From positions 257,300,001-257,364,000 of the forward strand of contig OZ024742.1 of assembly GCA_964016885.1 (NCBI GenBank): a stretch of 64,000 nt of DNA. The letters run 5' to 3'. The stretch's first letter is position 1. Each line of letters opens with the position of its first letter. This DNA comes from Eledone cirrhosa (Eukaryota). Below, piece after piece: positions 57,601 through 64,000 of this stretch. The notes beneath the pieces were generated by a model. The model was not told where the DNA came from and made no database searches. It saw nothing but the letters and a program-made list of their open reading frames with translations. Made by a program: the position numbers and the translations under genes.

Positions 57601-58620
57601 CTCTACATTCCTTACATCAATCCAAAATATGTTGACAATCTTTTAATAATGTTTCGCTACTCCATATAATATTTCTGGATCGAATGATTATAGATCATCA
57701 TTGATCTGGTTGAGTTGAAAATAATTAAGATAGTTAAGCATAGATCAGCTCATCGGAACTTCAAAAGGAATATAAATCAAAATAAGGAAAGAATATTACA
57801 TGAATGTAATGTTCCATATATTGGTATTTCACTATGGTGTCCTGGGTATATCTATTGGCTGCCATAGTTGAGCAGTATTCTTCTGCCGAGGCTGCATTGT
57901 GTGAGATCTGCCTATGGGTAATAAGATGGCCGCCAATGGACATATTTACCTTACTAATTAGAGGTTAGTTTCAGGGAAAGTAACTGCTCGAGGGATTAGA
58001 AATTGTGGGTAGTTTATAGTTAAGCAGTGCTAATGTTTTAATGATTTAATTGAGAGACAATGTAAGTGAGGTAACTTATAATTATTTAAGTTAGCTATAA
58101 CTATTTAACTTATTAGCTACAAGTAAAATGGGGCTAGATGACTATGCTGGGTCAAATATTCTGTTGGCGGAGGAATTAGACCTTCAATGTTGACAGCTAA
58201 TAGTCACCTCCGTTCTATCATTAATCGTGATAGAGTTATGTAATATGCTTCGGTAAGACAGAGATCACAACAGGTTCTTCGTCCATTGAAAGGCTGGGTT
58301 CTAGCCAAGATATCCCATGTTAGTGAGTGTTCAATGTTGGTTAATTTAAGGTTTTTAATGTGCCTAGCTAGAGATGTTGAACATCTGTTGTTAGGTTCTC
58401 GGAAGGAAAAAAAGTGCGCGTTATAACGTACCGTAAAAGGGTTAGATGTAGAGCCAATATAGGAGCTAGTTTGCGAAGCAGTTTTAACCGTGCACCTATA
58501 AACTATATTGGGTGTCAGGCAATGTCCATTTAGTGGGCATGCATTAGGGTAACGGCAGCTGCAGTTACTTCTGCGGTTAGTGAGAGTAGGGTTGTTTAAG
58601 CTAAGCGGTTGGTCTAACTA
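57600..58620 (-). mobile_element. Decayed PLE GIY-YIG 3' fragment with degenerate HHR (about 57645-57757)
   Basis: Minus-strand NCSCRYPNACPLNGHCLTPNIVYRCTVK..SYIGSTSNPFTVRYNAH. The tail reads ccgauga-gcu..agc-GAAAC. Confidence 0.8.
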
Positions 58621-58685
58621 ATTCACCAATCTCTCTTCTCCTCTCCTATCTCCATCTTTCTCTTTAAGATTGGTTACTCTTGAAC

Positions 58686-58777
<92 letters not shown>

Positions 58778-58780
58778 CGT

Positions 58781-58844
<64 letters not shown>

Positions 58845-59484
58845 ATATAATTAATCTCCCAAGTCTTACAATTAACCTATTAATGATTCTATTGAGAGAT
58901 TAATTGCATAAGTTTATTTTTAAAACTACCCGGTTGAGTGCTTATTCGATTTGTGCTATCTATGCAATTGTTTGTATGATACACACATACTGAATTCATT
59001 TGCCAAAATCTGGGGAATGTTCCTCTCGTAACTTACGCATGTGCCTTTACAAGGTTCTGCGTCAGTCACAAAGTTGGTTAAAGAGCAGAATATCTGTTAA
59101 TAACGTGATAATCCTTGTTCGATCTTTATGCTTAAAGTTCGTAGTTTTAAGCAGACAGTATTATTGATTTAGGGTTCATAGAAACCCTGCATTTAGATTT
59201 TACCATCAATTCCATTTGGGTCCAGGTCTGTTTATATCATTTATTTTGTTTGACCTGTTTTGGTTGACTTGTTTTTTGGCTTAGGTGGTTAATGCCTTCT
59301 TGACCACTTTTCAGTTTGTATGGCGTTTTAACATATTGTTTAGCTCTAGTTTTTCTTAACTATTGGAGCACTTGCCATCATTTCTACGATTGTGTGTTTC
59401 GTTTCGCTTTTTCTACCAGCCGAAATACGATTCTCGCTGAACATATATTGTATGTGTATATATATATATAATATATATATATAT

Positions 59485-59515
<31 letters not shown>

Positions 59516-59602
59516 CACACACATATATATACACACACACACACACATTTATATATATATACACACACACACATACACACATATATATATATATATATAT
59601 GA

Positions 59603-60361
59603 CTTGATTTTCTTTGAATTGAGTTTGAATTATTTTCCGACATCTTACGTTAACTATTTTTCCATTTTGACGTTATAGTCACTTATATATTATGAAATAT
59701 TGTTGACTTCATGCTCACAAACATTTCTATACATTAATTTATATTTATACTCGAAAGTTTCCTAGAGTGCTTAAAATTATTTGTCACTAAACCCGGTCTT
59801 TTTTTTTTTTAAACCGCGATAATATTGCTATTTTGCTGAACACCTTACACCTGTAGAGTTTTTCTTGGAATGTTTTTGACTGTTGTTTGAGGCACACATG
59901 TGTTTGCATGAAACACCAGCCATGTCTCTCCATGTGCGTTTATTTTTCATAATTACGTACGAGGTGAAGTAGCCTGTCTTTAAATTACCTTTTTGGCATA
60001 TTCTACAGCGACATTGTGTTATCGTGTTTCAGCTCTGCTGTTGAACGATCCCAACCGTGACCATCCCCAATAAAAGTTTCGCCAAATAGTATTTTTAAGA
60101 CTATAGAGCATTTGTAGTTTTTCCAAATAGAAGGATGAGTATTTAAACTTTATTTTATTCTGAGTTAAGGCTCTATTGATTTTTCCCTGGATTTTACAAC
60201 ATTCTATGAAGTAATCTATGTCTTGATTTTCTTTCAATTGAGTTTGAATTATTTTCCCACATGTACGTTAACTATTTTTCCATTTTGACGTTATAGTCAC
60301 TTATATATTATGAAATACTGTTGGCTTCACGCTCACAACAATTTCTATACTTTAATTTATA
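59603..60361 (+). repeat. About 140-bp direct repeats 619 nt apart, flanked by microsatellites
   Basis: 59603-59743 matches 60222-60361. Confidence 0.85.
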
Positions 60362-60539
60362 TATATATATATACACAAATATACATATATATGTATATAC
60401 ACACATACACATATATATATATATATATAAGAATTAAAATGCTATAGTGTGTTGGAGTTAAACACCATCTTCGTATTATAGAAATGACAGTAAAGGTATA
60501 GCTCAATGTAATTAAACAGAGCCGAAGAATTATAAAAAA

Positions 60540-61853
60540 AAACCAAAGAAGCCTTCAATACATCCAAAAGTCTTTATTAGCCAACAATGTTTCGTCCTAT
60601 TAAGGACTCATCAGGGCAATTATTATTTATTTTAAATACTTTCAATATTAATTAATTTAATAGGGTTTTCTAGTTATTTATCCGGGTTTGTTTCCTAGAT
60701 TTTTTACTTAACCGCATGTGACACCTAAGTAAATACTTTTGTTTTTGTTTTTCGATTTCCGGTTGATTTTATTTATATATTTATACTACCGTGCGTAGTT
60801 TTCTGTCTGGTTCTTATTCACTTATTCACAAATGTCTGTCCACCAACCACGTAATTATATATATTATACTATATTCATTATTTGATATTGAAGTTGTTAT
60901 ATCATTCCACTCTTTGTAAACGTACTATTGATCTTAATTATTTACCGATTATTAAATGTACCATTATGTTATATTTTATAAATTCTGTAATATGTTTATA
61001 TTTTTATAATTTTCGTAATGTTTGGATAATATTTATTTATACCAATTGTATAAAAACTTGACCTCTATCTGTTTTCTTGCAATGGTATTGATATTTTTCC
61101 AGCACAATTTTTCCAACATAATTAGTTCTGTATGATATTTTTTCTCACCCTGTCTGTAACTCTATATGATTTGTTTAGTTATATGCCAATATATTATAAT
61201 ATTGTTATTATAGTGTTATTGTAAATTTATATTGTTTGTGCAAATTAACCGGAGATTATCAATTATATAATTAAATAGTATATTATATATTATATGTTTA
61301 CTTTTACTCATTTCTTCTTCATTTTATGCTGTAAATAATATATGTATTATATTTTTATTTTTATTTTTATTCTTATTATTTTTATTTATATTTAAACTCT
61401 TAATAAGTGTTAGTTTGTGCTTCTATTGATGGAAATGTGTATTGATATATATGTATATATGTGTACATATGTATATATATATATATATATATTGGGCCTT
61501 TTAATATTATTATTATTATCATTATCAATTATATTATATTATATTATATTATATATAGTACAATAATTCCCGCTCTATATCACCACCTTTGTTTAGCTTT
61601 CGTTTTTGCATTGTACTATATTTGTAATATGGTTCAAAATGTTATTCACTTCCTTAGCAATTTTTACTTGATAATTTTTACTCGATAATTTTCCTATGCT
61701 TTAATGTATGTACAGTCCATATTCTTCTGAGTTTTTGGCTTGTATTGGCCGATAGTGATTCTTATAGCTTTAATTGCCCTGATGAGTCCTTAATAGGACG
61801 AAACATTGTTGGCTAATAAAGACTTTTGGATGTATTGAAGGCTTCTTTGGTTT
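60540..61853. mobile_element. 1.3-kb element with perfect 83-bp inverted termini, each containing a hammerhead
   Basis: 60540-60622 is the exact reverse complement of 61771-61853. The interior is very AT-rich with a possible GIY-YIG ghost on the minus strand (about 61020-61110). Confidence 0.88.
61776..61813 (+). ncRNA. Minimal hammerhead ribozyme with canonical core (identical copy at 60580-60617, minus strand)
   Basis: GCC-CUGAUGA-GUCCU-uaau-AGGAC-GAAAC-auu-GUU-GGC. It has the full core, G10.1-C11.1, a 5-bp stem II, a 3-bp stem I and a GUU site. Confidence 0.88.
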
Positions 61854-61863
61854 ATTTTCATAA

Positions 61864-61907
<44 letters not shown>

Positions 61908-61931
61908 TCATAAATATATATATATATATTC

Positions 61932-62022
<91 letters not shown>

Positions 62023-62710
62023 CGTGTTCGTGAATCCCTGAAAACCATTTTTACGGCTGAGGCAGCCGATAGCTCTTTATGCAAATGAAGATCATCAGTA
62101 GATAAGTGTCAAAATTACACGTTACGCCTCTATTGATTTCGGCAGAGAACAGGGTAAGTGAGAACTGGCTTGATAACGGCAATAGGGAAAAACGACGTCG
62201 TCGTAACTTACCCACGATTACCTTCTCTTGGAATCTTATAGATGGAGCTACGTCACAAGTTACCAAATTCATAGCCGAAGGCTTTCAAATTACTTATTCG
62301 TCAACATACCCTCTATCACTAAATGCACAAAATACGCATGGTTATATGACACAGTATGTTAGAGTGAAAATCCTTATTCTACTTTCCGGCCGAGCCAGCC
62401 TAGGGCTCTATATGCAAGTGAGTCTAGGCAGCCAATGTGCTTAAGTGTCAAAATTATGTTTTCGCTTATATAGAGTTCCAACAAAGGGCAGGATAAGGGA
62501 CACTGATTGAGAACTACCAAAAGCACCCAAACGACTCCAAACAAAATTAAATGGAAAACATGAGTGGAATATCAACAACATCACAAACAGTAATTAGAGA
62601 GAAAACAAAGCCTTACAGAGACACAGAGGTACGAAACTAATAAAACAAACCAGACACACACAGATAGAACAAGCAACCAACTAGTAACATGTATATAAAC
62701 ACATACATAA

Positions 62711-62750
<40 letters not shown>

Positions 62751-63049
62751 AAACAAACACACCCGGCTGTAACGCATGCACAAACCAAGTACACAGACCA
62801 CACACACACAAAACAAGGTTTTGGAGACAAAACAAACGAGGGACACAAAATAAGACATCAGTCAAAATAAAAACCCAGCCACAGAGGATGTCATATAATG
62901 TGTAACAAAAGAGCTTTGAGGATATATAAACAACCACCCGGTTATTCAACCAACACACTGGAAATGTATAACAATTTGAGTAAAAGCTCACTAGGTGCGT
63001 GTGTTTTATTGGCAAAATGACGCTACCAACGTATAACAACAGAGGTTTC

Positions 63050-64000
63050 AACACACGTGTATCAGGTGTAATTATTTGGGGTCTGGTGTTGGTGAAGAGC
63101 AGTGAAATCAGGTCCTCAATTAAAACCATGACAGCAGGAAGGCTCTGCTCTGACATCCCTCTCGGCATCAGGATGTGATTGGTTGTTGACCTTCCCTCTC
63201 CGAAGCCATTCTGTTTGTTGCTGCGCTTCTTCTTCATTTTGGGCTGGATCCTGTTAAGAATCATCCTTTTGAGGGTATTTGCCACAAGTAACGTCAGTGA
63301 GATCCCACTGTAGTTGTTGATGTTAGAGCGAACTTCTTTTTTTGGCACTGGGACGATGTTACTGATCCTCTACTGATTCGGGGCAATTCATATCTGTGCT
63401 TGGTTACAGAACTCCAGGATGATATCATAAAAATCTCACTTTTTCTTCATCTCTGATGCCACTTCTACACGGGCCTTTCCCTCGTACATCTTCTTCTTGG
63501 CTCTCTGTAGTTCCCCTCTAGTGAAGGCTCATGTCTCAATATCCAGTTTCTCAAACAGCTGCCTGATCTCCCCAGTGTTCTTGGCTGTGGATAGCGGCTT
63601 TCCTAGTAGGGTCCTCAAATGGTCCACCCATCTTCCTATCCTCGGGCCTTTTCCCATGGATCTTACTCGAACTTCCTCTCGTCCTCCCATTGTAATCTCG
63701 CTGATGATCATCCATCCCTCTTTACACCTAGACCTGTCAACCCCTCTCTCCAAAATTCTGAACTTCTTATCAGCGCCTATTCTCTGCCGTCAGTATAGGT
63801 GGTACATACTTCTTTCTTCTTCACCTCCATACTCTCATTCCTCTCCTCCGTAGAATCAGCATGGAATTGGTTCTTGGCAGCTTTCAGGTGTTCTCTGGCT
63901 GTACACTGCAGAGTTAGAACCTTTGCATATGAAGCATCCCAAACATGGCAAAGCTATGGAAGGATCACGCTGTTAAGTGCCAGGATGCTTGAGTGGTCTT
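63050..64000 (-). mobile_element. Decayed RTE-group LINE RT N-terminal region
   Basis: Reads IVPVPKK..NNYSGISLT..KRMILNRIQ..KQNGFGEGRSTTNHIL. Confidence 0.75.

Overview
AT-rich, microsatellite-dense eukaryotic DNA, most likely intronic or intergenic. Octopus is my inference from recalled SINE motifs and the (TA)n/(CA)n load; I ran no search. I cannot support any host protein-coding gene, and most ORF-track entries are translated microsatellites. The window is a graveyard of retroelements. It holds about ten Penelope-like element (PLE) fragments (RT and/or GIY-YIG), R4/Dong, RTE, CR1-like and L1/Tx1-like LINE relics, tRNA-derived SINEs, one non-autonomous Helitron and one MITE. Four signals stand out. 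(1) More than 15 intact or decayed minimal hammerhead ribozyme (HHR) motifs sit in retrozyme-like tandem units and in recurrent fold-back elements anchored in (TA)n. (2) A Neptune-type PLE has an upstream ORF1 that overlaps the RT frame at a U UUU UUA heptamer placed exactly for a -1 ribosomal frameshift. (3) Two repeat copies facing each other across a (TA)n loop carry strand-specific A>G hypermutation, as expected from reverse-transcribed ADAR-edited dsRNA; a sequencing or polishing artefact is the alternative. (4) A 1.3-kb element has perfect 83-bp inverted ends that each contain an intact hammerhead core. Boundaries of decayed elements are approximate and were read by eye.
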